Shown here piece by piece: positions 27,670 through 36,240 of a DNA stretch of 64,000 nt. The notes under the pieces are model-generated. The model searched no databases. It saw only the letters and a program-made list of their open reading frames with translations, and was not told the DNA's origin. The translations under genes and the position numbers were made by a program. How positions within the stretch are numbered: position 1 is the first letter of the stretch; every line of letters begins with the position of its first letter. The stretch comes from an uncultured Candidatus Saccharibacteria bacterium (GTDB taxonomy: Bacteria > Patescibacteriota > Minisyncoccia > Phycocordibacterales > UBA9973), in contig CAYZYV010000001.1 in the NCBI GenBank assembly GCA_964482735.1, forward strand, positions 80,172 through 144,171. Reading direction: 5' to 3'.

Positions 27670-27756
27670 CGGAGACGCAGGGATTCGAACCCTGGAGCCT
27701 TTTTACGGGCTACCTCGTTAGCAGTGAGGCGCTTTCGACCACTCAGCCACGTCTCC
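27670..27756 (-). tRNA. tRNA-Ser (anticodon GCU)
   Basis: GGAGACG / TGGCTGAGTGGTCGAAAGCG / anticodon loop CTGCTAA / long variable arm GGTAGCCCGTAAAAAGGCTCC / AGGGTTCGAATCCCT / CGTCTCC-G. Confidence 0.85.
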
Positions 27757-27915
27757 AAAATTTTTCACTTTTACCGTTAAGACTTTCTACACATTATCAC
27801 AAAATTAATTATTTCTCAACGGGATAAATAAAAAACCTCCCATGACTTTTGTCGAGGAGGTTTTAAAAAAATATAACCCTATTTGGAATTCTTCTTTGCC
27901 ACTTTTTTAGGTGGC

Positions 27916-28038
27916 TTACTTTTTGGTTTTGGAGGCCACGGATTCTTTTGTCCGCTTTGTCACCCTTTTTGGTGACTTGCTTTTTGGAGACCGGGGGTTC
28001 TTTTGCCCGCCAGCGCTTCCAGTATTTGCTCCTGCCAT
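27916..28038 (-). CDS. Candidate 40-codon Lys/Ser/Pro-rich small ORF lying on a 2 x ~60-bp tandem repeat (uncertain: peptide or structured RNA)
   Basis: Hand translation gives MAGANTGSAGGQKNPRSPKSKSPKRVTKRTKESVASKTKK. Starts 12 nt after the radical-SAM stop on the same strand. The underlying DNA forms two repeat units, each with a 6-bp hairpin (GCCAC-TTTTTTA-GGTGGC and GTCAC-CCTTTTT-GGTGAC). Confidence 0.25.
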   Translation of the reverse strand: MAGANTGSAGGQKNPRSPKSKSPKRVTKRTKESVASKTKK

Positions 28039-28049
28039 TTTGTTATTTT

Positions 28050-29192
28050 TTAAAAATTAAACAAATTTGAGAAGAAAAGATATTCTCTTTTTAATTCTTC
28101 TTTACCATAAAGGCTAAACCATTTTTGAGCCCCGAGAGAGTACAATTCTCTAAAATTAGAATTAGCTTCTAATTCAGAGACGTTATGGCTTTCGTTTCCG
28201 AATAATTCTTCCAGTGTGTATTGCATACAATACGGCAACCTGTATGTCGCATCCGCGTCGATAAGAAAAGTCTCTGCTATACACATACTTATAGGAACAT
28301 ATTCGATTCTAATACCATCAATAAGGAAGCTGACACAACTAGAATCAACTAAGACCGTATCTTTTTTGATTTTATTATTTCTCGTAGTTAACATGAACTT
28401 TTTTAAATCTTCTAGTTTATAAAATCTTAGAAAGATTTTACCTTCTCCGGCAAAGGAGTAAATTTTCTTGTATTGATTCCAAAAGGCACTATAATCATCC
28501 AAGACAAAATCGGAATCCTTTGTAACAACTTCAGACGCAGGAGTTACATGTATTTCGTCAACAAGATTATTAGCCAACAAATAATTAGCTGTTTTCTCAA
28601 AATCACAAAAGTTAATTTTTGTGAGAGTAAACAAGCTAGTTACTTTTTTAGCGTAAGACCTCGCCTCTCTTAGCCCAACGACAGCCTCTTCAAAAGACTT
28701 GTTCGAATTTCTCTGAATGTTATGAACTTTTTCCATTCCATCTAAAGAGATGTCAATCCAATCAAATAAGAGACTGCTTTCTTTTAAAATCTTTCCTTGT
28801 TTAATATAAGAGCCATTATCCAATAATCCGATACAGATGTCTGGTCTTGTCTCTTTTATTTTTTTCATTACGGGAATATGCCATCCTTGTAAGATTCTCC
28901 CCTCGTGAACAACAAAAGAATTTTTTGGAAGCTGAGATACAATGTTTAAAATTTTTTGTTCTAAACAATTATTCTCAGATATAACACGAGAAGACTTTTC
29001 TCTTTGAAAAAAACAATGTTTGCAGTTAAGATTACAAGTCCTTTCCATTATCAGAGAACAGATTTTTGGATATTCTCTTTCTAGAGATTTTTCAAGGCCC
29101 CAAATGTTCTTGTGGAAAATATGACTTGAGGTCATTATTTGAAACCATTTATCTATTGTTCCCATATATCTAATTTTTAAATTTTTAAACAA
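28050..29192 (-). CDS. Radical SAM domain protein
   Basis: CNLNCKHC = CxxxCxxC cluster near the N-terminus. 380 aa. C-terminal region has scattered Cys but no canonical SPASM spacing. Confidence 0.7.
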   Translation of the reverse strand: MFKNLKIRYMGTIDKWFQIMTSSHIFHKNIWGLEKSLEREYPKICSLIMERTCNLNCKHCFFQREKSSRVISENNCLEQKILNIVSQLPKNSFVVHEGRILQGWHIPVMKKIKETRPDICIGLLDNGSYIKQGKILKESSLLFDWIDISLDGMEKVHNIQRNSNKSFEEAVVGLREARSYAKKVTSLFTLTKINFCDFEKTANYLLANNLVDEIHVTPASEVVTKDSDFVLDDYSAFWNQYKKIYSFAGEGKIFLRFYKLEDLKKFMLTTRNNKIKKDTVLVDSSCVSFLIDGIRIEYVPISMCIAETFLIDADATYRLPYCMQYTLEELFGNESHNVSELEANSNFRELYSLGAQKWFSLYGKEELKREYLFFSNLFNF

Positions 29193-29382
29193 CTTTTGAT
29201 TAAATTATAAATAAATATACTAATTGGTCAAATAAAGTCAGATAAAATAACAGATAAACGTTAATTTAATCATTGGTTTACAACGTGTTTTGTTAATATA
29301 CTATAGTGTTGTCAGTTTAGTTGACATTTTTAATTAATAGAATACAATATAATTATTAATCTTTTAGGAAAAATAAGAAAAA

Positions 29383-30120
29383 ATGAGCACAATTATTAAC
29401 ACCTTAATGGATCTTGGCCTTACAAACAAAGAAGCCAGTCTTTATTATGCCCTACTAAGGAAAGGAAGGTCTACTGTCCTAGAATTAGCCAAGGAATCTG
29501 GTCTTAAAAGGCCAACGGTTTATTTAACTTTGGATTCATTGAGAAATAAAGGTTTAATTTTAAAAATACCATACGCCAAGAAATCAGTTTATATAGCAAA
29601 GGAGCCGGACGAGTTTTTCAGAGATACTTACAACAAGATAAAGAGAGCTGGTGACAATCTGTCTCAAATAAAAGCCCTTTCTAAAAAGGAAGATAAGGTT
29701 TTTGTTAGATATTACGAAGGAGAGGGAGAGGTCAAAGAATCACTTTTCTACAGAATAGAAGAATTAAAAGGAACCGAAGACGTTGGTTTTTTTGCTAAAG
29801 CTGAAGAGATTAGTCCTTTTTTAATAAAATCATCACACCAATGGAGAGAAGAAAGTAAACACAGAAATATAAAAGTGAAAGGAATTGCTCCTTTTCACCC
29901 TACATTAGAAGAATTTAGAAAAACAGATAAAAATCTAGATCAAGTTTTTAAATCTATACCGATTAGTCTGTACTCTTCTAACTGTTCCATAGATGCCACT
30001 GATTTATTTGTAAGGATTGTTTTATTTAACGAAAATCAATCAGTTATTATAGAAAATAAAGAAATTGTAAAAACAATAAAACAAATTTTTAATATCTGTT
30101 GGGAAAGTATTAAAAATTAA
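29383..30120 (+). CDS. TrmB-family transcriptional regulator (sugar-specific HTH)
   Basis: N-terminal LGLTNKEASLYYALLRKGRSTVLELAKESGLKRPTVYLTLDSL, the TrmB wHTH pattern. Divergent from the radical-SAM gene. Confidence 0.55.
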   Translation: MSTIINTLMDLGLTNKEASLYYALLRKGRSTVLELAKESGLKRPTVYLTLDSLRNKGLILKIPYAKKSVYIAKEPDEFFRDTYNKIKRAGDNLSQIKALSKKEDKVFVRYYEGEGEVKESLFYRIEELKGTEDVGFFAKAEEISPFLIKSSHQWREESKHRNIKVKGIAPFHPTLEEFRKTDKNLDQVFKSIPISLYSSNCSIDATDLFVRIVLFNENQSVIIENKEIVKTIKQIFNICWESIKN

Positions 30121-30156
30121 TTATTTCTCAACGAGGTTTTTTGATATAATAATTCC

Positions 30157-30873
30157 ATGAGAATATCAGTTTTAATCATTGCGCATAATGAGGAAGAAAT
30201 AATTAAAAAATGTCTTTACTCTGCTATAAACCAAACCGTTAAACCAGATGAGATTATTTTAGTTGCCCATAATTGTACAGATAGGACGATTGAAATTGCT
30301 CAGGAGTTTAAAACAATAAAGATAATTCGATTTGATGGACCTCGAGGCACTGCTTACCCTAGAATAGAAGGATTGTCTCACGTATCGAATGAAAATGACA
30401 TAATTCTATGTATAGATGGTGATTGTGTAGCTAAAGAAAACTGGGTTGAAGAAATGTCGCACACTTTGAATCTCAACAACAACATTTTGGTTGGAAGTTA
30501 TATCAAATTTAAGGGCGATTTATTTTTATCAATTTCTAATATATTTAATAAAATAAAATGTAAAACTTCTGGAGAAAAAGCAGTTCGCTGGCTATGGGGA
30601 GGAAGTTTCGCCTTTTGGAATAAAGATAAGGATTTAGTAAAAAATATATTTGAAAAAACAATAGAATTATCAAGGGATTTACAACTTAGTAGAAATCCTG
30701 AAGACTTCTTACTTGCAAAGTTTTTAAAGAAAAAAGGAAACATAGAAATCACAAATAAAACTTTTGTGGTAGCTATGGCTAAAGAAAAATCTATTTTTGA
30801 ATCTTTCAAAAGGAATAGAGAGAATAACAAAAATGCTGAAAGGATAGAAAAATACTTTTTAACCTTAAAATAA
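30157..30873 (+). CDS. Family 2 glycosyltransferase
   Basis: VLIIAHNEEEII...DGDC: GT-A fold with DxD-like motif. Confidence 0.7.
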   Translation: MRISVLIIAHNEEEIIKKCLYSAINQTVKPDEIILVAHNCTDRTIEIAQEFKTIKIIRFDGPRGTAYPRIEGLSHVSNENDIILCIDGDCVAKENWVEEMSHTLNLNNNILVGSYIKFKGDLFLSISNIFNKIKCKTSGEKAVRWLWGGSFAFWNKDKDLVKNIFEKTIELSRDLQLSRNPEDFLLAKFLKKKGNIEITNKTFVVAMAKEKSIFESFKRNRENNKNAERIEKYFLTLK

Positions 30874-30945
30874 AGGTTATTTTGCTTGACAAAATCACAA
30901 AAACGTGTATACTCTATATGAAAACCTTAAAAAACATTTACAGCT

Positions 30946-31287
30946 ATGACAAAAACACAAGAAAGGTACTCGGATGAGGACCTTAATTTCTTCCGCGGGA
31001 TTATTCTCGAAAAGCTTTCTGCAGCAAAAGCTGAGTACAAAATCCTTACAGGAGCTGCGTATGATGATGACCCCAAAGATCTTGGGGAACGATCAAAGGA
31101 TGATGAGTCGAAAGACTTAAATTCCATCCTAGCGAAAAGGCAGAAAAAGTTCATTGAGGGACTGGAAGGTGCCCTCATAAGAATCGAGCAGAAAACTTAC
31201 GGGATTTGCCGTAAAACCGGCAAACTAATCCCAAAAGAGAGGCTTATCCTTGTTCCTCATGCTACACTGTGTGCCGAGGAAAAATAA
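30946..31287 (+). CDS. DksA/TraR-family protein
   Basis: Coiled-coil N-terminus with the DDDPKD acidic tip motif and a C-terminal C-x-C finger remnant (GICRKTG...HATLC). Confidence 0.55.
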   Translation: MTKTQERYSDEDLNFFRGIILEKLSAAKAEYKILTGAAYDDDPKDLGERSKDDESKDLNSILAKRQKKFIEGLEGALIRIEQKTYGICRKTGKLIPKERLILVPHATLCAEEK

Positions 31288-31352
31288 TTTATCTCAAAAA
31301 GACGTAAAGCGCCCAAGCAATATAGCAAGGGCGCTTTTTTTATTTTTAATAT

Positions 31353-32567
31353 TTATTTTTCTTTAGATAATCGTAATGTTTCTTTGGCGATTTCTTCCAT
31401 TTCATCTGTTTTGACAATCAAAACCTTGGCCTTGGAATCTTTTTTACTTATTTCTACTTCTACTCCTTCAGACTTATCGTTTATTTCATTATCTATTTCT
31501 ATTCCCAAAAATTCCATATCTTTACATATTCGGTCTCTCATAATAAAAGATCTTTCCCCTACTGTCCCAGCTAAGATTAGAAGATCCAAGCCTCCCAGGA
31601 TAGCAGACATCTTACCAATCTGTTGTTTTACTCGATTAACATAAACACGTAGTGCCAAAGCAGAATCTTCGTGTCCGTCTTTTTCGTATTGTAACAATTC
31701 TCGGATATCAGAGCTTTTACCTGAAAGTCCAAGTAGTCCACATTCATTATTTAAATACTTTTCCATTTTTCTAGGACCCTTCTTTAATTTTTCAGACAAG
31801 TAAAGAATAGCTCCTGCATCTATATCTCCAACTCTCGTTGCCATGACAAGACCAGGTAAAGGTGTGAACCCCATTGAAGTATCTATACTCTGACCATTTT
31901 TAACAGCCGTTACACTTCCCCCTCCGCCCAAGTGACAAACAACAATTTTTTCTGGAAGATTACCTAGTGTTTTCTCTGCTTTAGAGACAACAGACTGAAC
32001 CGAGATTCCATGATATCCGAACATTTTCAATCCAAGTTTTCGGCTATCATTTATTGGAATTGCATAAAGCCTACCGTGATCAGGAATAGTTGAGTGAAAT
32101 GCACTATCAGAAACTCCATAGATTGGGAATTTTTCACCAAAGGATTTTCTTATTGTTTTTATTTCTTCAAGAGCTGGTCCTAGGTGAAGTGGAACTTTTT
32201 TTAAAGCCACTTTTGCAAGTTTCATGTATTCTTTATCTATAAGACGGTTGGTCAAGAAGTAATCTCCTGGGGCAACAATTCTTATCCCCACACTATCAAT
32301 GTCTGACTTTTTTTCTATAATTTTATTTTTTACCAACGAATCTATAATAAAATTTATAGCCTCAACATAATTCTTTTTTGTTATTTCTGTTTTTTCTTTT
32401 TTATCATCAAAAAATTCAGTTACAATCGGACTGCCATTTTCCATTTCGAAGTGAGCAGTATATACTCTCTCTTCATCTTTATAAAATGCATACTTTTTTG
32501 ATGCACTTCCTGTATTTACAATCAAATATTTCTTTTGCATAAGTTTTTTCAATGTAATAGTTTGCAA
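31353..32567 (-). CDS. ackA: Acetate kinase
   Basis: 404 aa. VLIVNTGSASKKYAFY, VCHLGGGGSVTAV and GTVGERS motifs of the acetate/propionate kinase family. Confidence 0.85.
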   Translation of the reverse strand: MQTITLKKLMQKKYLIVNTGSASKKYAFYKDEERVYTAHFEMENGSPIVTEFFDDKKEKTEITKKNYVEAINFIIDSLVKNKIIEKKSDIDSVGIRIVAPGDYFLTNRLIDKEYMKLAKVALKKVPLHLGPALEEIKTIRKSFGEKFPIYGVSDSAFHSTIPDHGRLYAIPINDSRKLGLKMFGYHGISVQSVVSKAEKTLGNLPEKIVVCHLGGGGSVTAVKNGQSIDTSMGFTPLPGLVMATRVGDIDAGAILYLSEKLKKGPRKMEKYLNNECGLLGLSGKSSDIRELLQYEKDGHEDSALALRVYVNRVKQQIGKMSAILGGLDLLILAGTVGERSFIMRDRICKDMEFLGIEIDNEINDKSEGVEVEISKKDSKAKVLIVKTDEMEEIAKETLRLSKEK

Positions 32568-32833
32568 TAAAAATAATTTGATTTTCGCTGTCGCGTAGTT
32601 TCCCTTATCGTCTGTTCGCTTAAAAGCTCACATCGACGATTTCTTTCAGAACCAGACAAATCGTAAAGTAGTTTACGATTTGTCCCACTCTGGGGTAAAG
32701 CGCAAGAAAATTAAATTATTTTTATGAAAAACTATCCATTATATTTATTTTTTAAAATTAATAACCAATAGAGTATAGCACTTTTTATCTCTTTGTGCTC
32801 ATCAATTGTTAAAAATTTTGGTATAATGAACAT

Positions 32834-32965
32834 ATGAAAATAGAACTATCAAAAGCACAAACCATAATACTTCTTATGATTTTTATTGCTATTGGTGGAA
32901 TAGTTCTATATAGCGATACCAACCCAAACAATTTTTCACCCCTAGACCATGTATTTAAACGATAA
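32834..32965 (+). CDS. Possible 43-aa membrane peptide, leaderless-like
   Basis: MKIELSKAQTIILLMIFIAIGGIVLYSDTNPNNFSPLDHVFKR. A TATAAT sits 6 nt upstream. Overlaps the recG start by 17 nt. Confidence 0.25.
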   Translation: MKIELSKAQTIILLMIFIAIGGIVLYSDTNPNNFSPLDHVFKR

Positions 32966-35219
32966 AATAGAATCTCATTTTCGAATAGATATTAACCAAA
33001 AGAAAGCTCTAATAAAGCTAGGGCTTAATACTATTTCTGATTTGTTATTTTACTTTCCTTTTCGGTACTCAAACATAAGTGAATTCAGAAATATCAATAC
33101 TTTAGAAGATGGAGAATTGGTGACCATCATCGGCAAGGTTTCTAATCTTAAGACCAAGAAAGGGTTTAAGAGCAAAATCCCTATGGGACAAGCAACAATT
33201 ACTGATATGACAGGAAAAATAAACATTATCTGGTTCCACCAGCCATATTTAGCAAAAATGATAAAAGATGGAGCAACTGTTAAGGTAACAGGTAAGGTCT
33301 CAAATAGCAAAACTTACGGATTAACTTTAACTAATCCAGAAATTAGTAAAGAGGATATTTTGCCAATAGATATTAGTGATTCTTTGTTTAATAACCAGGA
33401 AAACATTTCTCAATTTGGCTTCCCTATATACGGAGAAACAAGAGGCATAACTTCTAAGTGGATTTATCATGCTATTAATAAAATCCTTAAGCAAGACTTT
33501 ATAAAGGGAATTTCAGACTATTTACCAAAAGAGATTTTAGATAAATACAAATTACCAACCCTTCACACTGCTCTTGTCTGGATACACACCCCACAAAAAA
33601 AAGAACATGCTGAAATTGCAAGAAAAAGATTCGCTTTCGAAGAAGTTTTCTTTATCCAATTGTCTCGATTACAAGAAAGAAAAAGGTACGAGGAGCTATT
33701 TTCTTATAAATTAAAAATAGACAATGACGATATCAAGGACTTCACTTCTCGTTTTCCATTCTCTCCCACCCTCGCACAAAAAGAAACCATTAAAACAATT
33801 TTGGATGATTTAAAGAAAGATAAACCAATGTCTCGTCTTATCGAAGGTGATGTTGGAAGCGGAAAAACTTTTGTCGCTGCGACAATTGCATATTCGGTTA
33901 TCAAGAATAGACCAGCTGGCCAAGATTTTGGAAATATTCAAGTCGCCTATATGGCTCCGACAGAAGTCTTAGCTACTCAACTCTTCGAAAATTTTATAAA
34001 ATATTTTGATCATACTGGAATATCCATAGGTCTAATTACTTCTTCAGGATGTCGTAAGTTTCCTAGCAAAAGTGCTGCTTGGGAAAATGGGAAACAAATT
34101 CACACTTGGACAACTATTTCTAAAAACCAGTTATTAAAATGGGTTAAAAATGGAGAAATACCTATTGTTATCGGAACACACTCTCTGATTTCTAAATCAG
34201 TTGATTTTGAAGATTTAGGTTTAGTTGTTATTGATGAGCAACATCGCTTTGGAACAAACCAAAGAATGAAACTAGCTAAAAAAGAAGGCCACTCCCCTCA
34301 CTACCTTTCCATGACTGCCACCCCTATTCCTCGAACTCTCGCTTTGACTATCTACGGAGATCTTGATTTATCTATCATAGACGAAATGCCAGCCGGAAGA
34401 AAAAAAGTTATCACTGAAATAGTTCCTGAAAATAAAAGGGAGTTGGCCTACGACAAAATTCGTGAAGAATTAAAAGCTGGCCGTCAACTTTATGTTATTT
34501 GCCCAAAAATCGAAAATGGAGATGGTGGCGAGATCGAGATTATTGATTCCGAGAGACCAGCGAGTGCGACGGCACGAGCTCGAGGAATTTTTCAGCAGAA
34601 AAATATCCGTGCTCTCGGAATCAATAATCTCGATCTCAAAAGCGTATCTTCCGAAGCAAAAAGATTAAAGAAAGAAGTTTTCCCTGAATACGAAATTGCA
34701 ATTATGCACAGTAAAATGAGTAAACAAAAAAAAGAACAGGTCATGAAAGACTTCGAAGATCATAAGATTGATATACTCGTCTCAACTTCTGTAATTGAAG
34801 TTGGAGTTAATGTTCCAAATGCCACAGTTATCGTTATCGAAGGAGCAGAAAGATTTGGGCTCGCTCAACTCCACCAGCTTCGTGGAAGAGTTATTAGATC
34901 AACTTATCAATCGTATTGTTACCTGTTTGCTAATGCAAAAGCGGATAAGACAATCGACAGATTGAAAGCACTTACCAAAGCTGCTAATGGTTTTGAACTT
35001 GCCGAATTAGATTTACAACTTCGAGGAGCAGGACTTCTTTCTGGAGACAAACAATGGGGTGTAAGTGACCTAGCTATGGAGGCTATGAAAAATATAAAAA
35101 TGGTAGAAGCTGCCCGTAGTGAAGCAAAAGAAATCATAGAAAAAGACGTTGAACTGAGAAATCACCAAACCCTTGCAAACACATTAAAAAACAAGCATCT
35201 AAACTTGCATTTTGAATAA
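32949..35219 (+). CDS. recG: ATP-dependent DNA helicase RecG
   Basis: 756 aa. Wedge domain, helicase motifs DVGSGKT, DEQHRFG, SATPIPRT and HQLRGRVIRS. Carries a 36-aa in-frame insertion encoded by the element at 34530-34637. Confidence 0.9.
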   Translation: MYLNDKIESHFRIDINQKKALIKLGLNTISDLLFYFPFRYSNISEFRNINTLEDGELVTIIGKVSNLKTKKGFKSKIPMGQATITDMTGKINIIWFHQPYLAKMIKDGATVKVTGKVSNSKTYGLTLTNPEISKEDILPIDISDSLFNNQENISQFGFPIYGETRGITSKWIYHAINKILKQDFIKGISDYLPKEILDKYKLPTLHTALVWIHTPQKKEHAEIARKRFAFEEVFFIQLSRLQERKRYEELFSYKLKIDNDDIKDFTSRFPFSPTLAQKETIKTILDDLKKDKPMSRLIEGDVGSGKTFVAATIAYSVIKNRPAGQDFGNIQVAYMAPTEVLATQLFENFIKYFDHTGISIGLITSSGCRKFPSKSAAWENGKQIHTWTTISKNQLLKWVKNGEIPIVIGTHSLISKSVDFEDLGLVVIDEQHRFGTNQRMKLAKKEGHSPHYLSMTATPIPRTLALTIYGDLDLSIIDEMPAGRKKVITEIVPENKRELAYDKIREELKAGRQLYVICPKIENGDGGEIEIIDSERPASATARARGIFQQKNIRALGINNLDLKSVSSEAKRLKKEVFPEYEIAIMHSKMSKQKKEQVMKDFEDHKIDILVSTSVIEVGVNVPNATVIVIEGAERFGLAQLHQLRGRVIRSTYQSYCYLFANAKADKTIDRLKALTKAANGFELAELDLQLRGAGLLSGDKQWGVSDLAMEAMKNIKMVEAARSEAKEIIEKDVELRNHQTLANTLKNKHLNLHFE
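34530..34637. mobile_element. MITE-like palindromic element (108 bp, perfect 26-bp TIR) inserted in-frame in recG
   Basis: Left arm GAGATCGAGATTATTGATTCCGAGAG (34530-34555) is the exact reverse complement of the right arm (34612-34637). The 56-bp GC-rich core contains CGACGGCACGAGCTCGAGG and the hairpin ATTTTTC-AGCA-GAAAAAT, also present at 6812-6830. Confidence 0.65.
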
Positions 35220-35221
35220 AA

Positions 35222-35252
35222 AAAGGGAGAACAACTCGTGCTCCCCCTCGCA
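35222..35252 (+). terminator. Terminator after recG
   Basis: GGGAGAACAACTCGTGCTCCCC hairpin. Confidence 0.45.
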
Positions 35253-35450
35253 TACCATCAGATTATTCTGGTGATATTTTTTATCTTTCATAAAATCTTT
35301 TCTATTCTTATTCAGAATAAAACCCGCTTTCGTTTGTAACTACTAACGACAATTTATTTCAGATAGAGCTTGATCCTTTAATTGAAGAAGATTGCTCGAT
35401 TCTATCTCCGGATAAAATCAAAGTACCACAGCACAAACAAAAAATCAACC

Positions 35451-35485
35451 ATTATCACTTTGAAACGGCCGTCAGATATGATAAT
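35451..35485. promoter_or_regulatory. Palindromic site ATTATCA-N19-TGATAAT containing the AACGGCCGTCAGAT core, upstream of the wHTH gene
   Basis: Inverted arms around the CGGCCG palindrome. A near-copy lies downstream of the gene at 36011-36049. Confidence 0.5.
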
Positions 35486-35494
35486 ATATAAAGT

Positions 35495-35992
35495 ATGAAA
35501 AATGATATTAGTTTAAATGTTGAAGATAAATTACAAAGTATTGGTGATTTATTAATAGCAATGCTTTGTAGCGCTAGAAATTCAAAACGTTTTCGTTCTA
35601 TAATTAGAGAAAGAGAGTTTATGAGATACAACAAGGAAAGTGTTCGCGTTTCCCTAACTAGACTAAGCAAGAAAGGATATGTAAGAAATTTAAACGGTGA
35701 GTGGAAAATAACCGATAAAGGAAAAAAATACTCACAATTTAATAACAAAAATGAATACATGTCTTCACCTTTTGAGAAAAGAGCAGAATGTAATACTATT
35801 TTATCTTTTGATATTTCAGAAAACTCAAGAAAAATAAGAAACTGGCTTAGAAACCAACTAAAAATTTTTGGGTATAAAATGCTACAGCAAAGTCTTTGGA
35901 TTGGACCAGGACCATTACCTCAAGAATTTCTAAAAAAACTTAAAGAATTAAAAATTCGTGAAAATATAAAAATATTCACAGTTAGTAAATAA
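35495..35992 (+). CDS. Winged-helix DNA-binding protein with C-terminal Cas2/VapD-like motif (paralog A)
   Basis: wHTH pattern VSLTRLSKKGYVRNLNGEWKITDKG. C-terminal ILSFDISENSRKIRNWLRNQLKIFGYKMLQQSLWIGPGPLP resembles Cas2 beta1-alpha1-beta2 (YDI...R..L..L..G.R.Q.SVF). Paralog at 50916-51395. Confidence 0.5.
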   Translation: MKNDISLNVEDKLQSIGDLLIAMLCSARNSKRFRSIIREREFMRYNKESVRVSLTRLSKKGYVRNLNGEWKITDKGKKYSQFNNKNEYMSSPFEKRAECNTILSFDISENSRKIRNWLRNQLKIFGYKMLQQSLWIGPGPLPQEFLKKLKELKIRENIKIFTVSK

Positions 35993-36010
35993 AAAATAAT
36001 TTTTACATTC

Positions 36011-36049
36011 TTATTATCATTATTAACGGCCGTCAGATGATGATAATAA
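36011..36049. repeat. Second copy of the AACGGCCGTCAGAT palindromic site (TTATTATCAT-N16-ATGATAATAA)
   Basis: Perfect 10-bp inverted arms. Direct repeat of the site at 35451-35485. Confidence 0.5.
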
Positions 36050-36115
36050 ATAAAAAATAAATCTATCTTTGGAAGATATATAAATAAACTTTTTAACCTA
36101 TTAAAATTACTTTTG

Positions 36116-36189
36116 TCCGTCCTCTAGGATTCGAACCTAGGACCCCAGAGGTATAAGCTCTGTGCTCTAACCAGCTGAGCTAAGGACGG
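36116..36189 (-). tRNA. tRNA-Ile (anticodon UAU)
   Basis: CCGTCCT / TAGCTCAGCTGGTTAGAGC / CAGAG-CTTATAC-CTCTG / CTAGG-TTCGAAT-CCTAG / AGGACGG-A. Anticodon TAT read directly from the loop. Confidence 0.75.
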
Positions 36190-36240
36190 AAGTCTGGTTT
36201 ATTATTTAAAACTAAACTATTACAACCATACACTTCCCGC

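Noticed and set aside
27440-27758. Small ORFs 27440-27622, 27521-27721 and 27576-27758
   Set aside because: They overlap tRNA-Ser and its duplicated 3'-end fragment. Arg-rich artefacts of GC-rich RNA-gene sequence.
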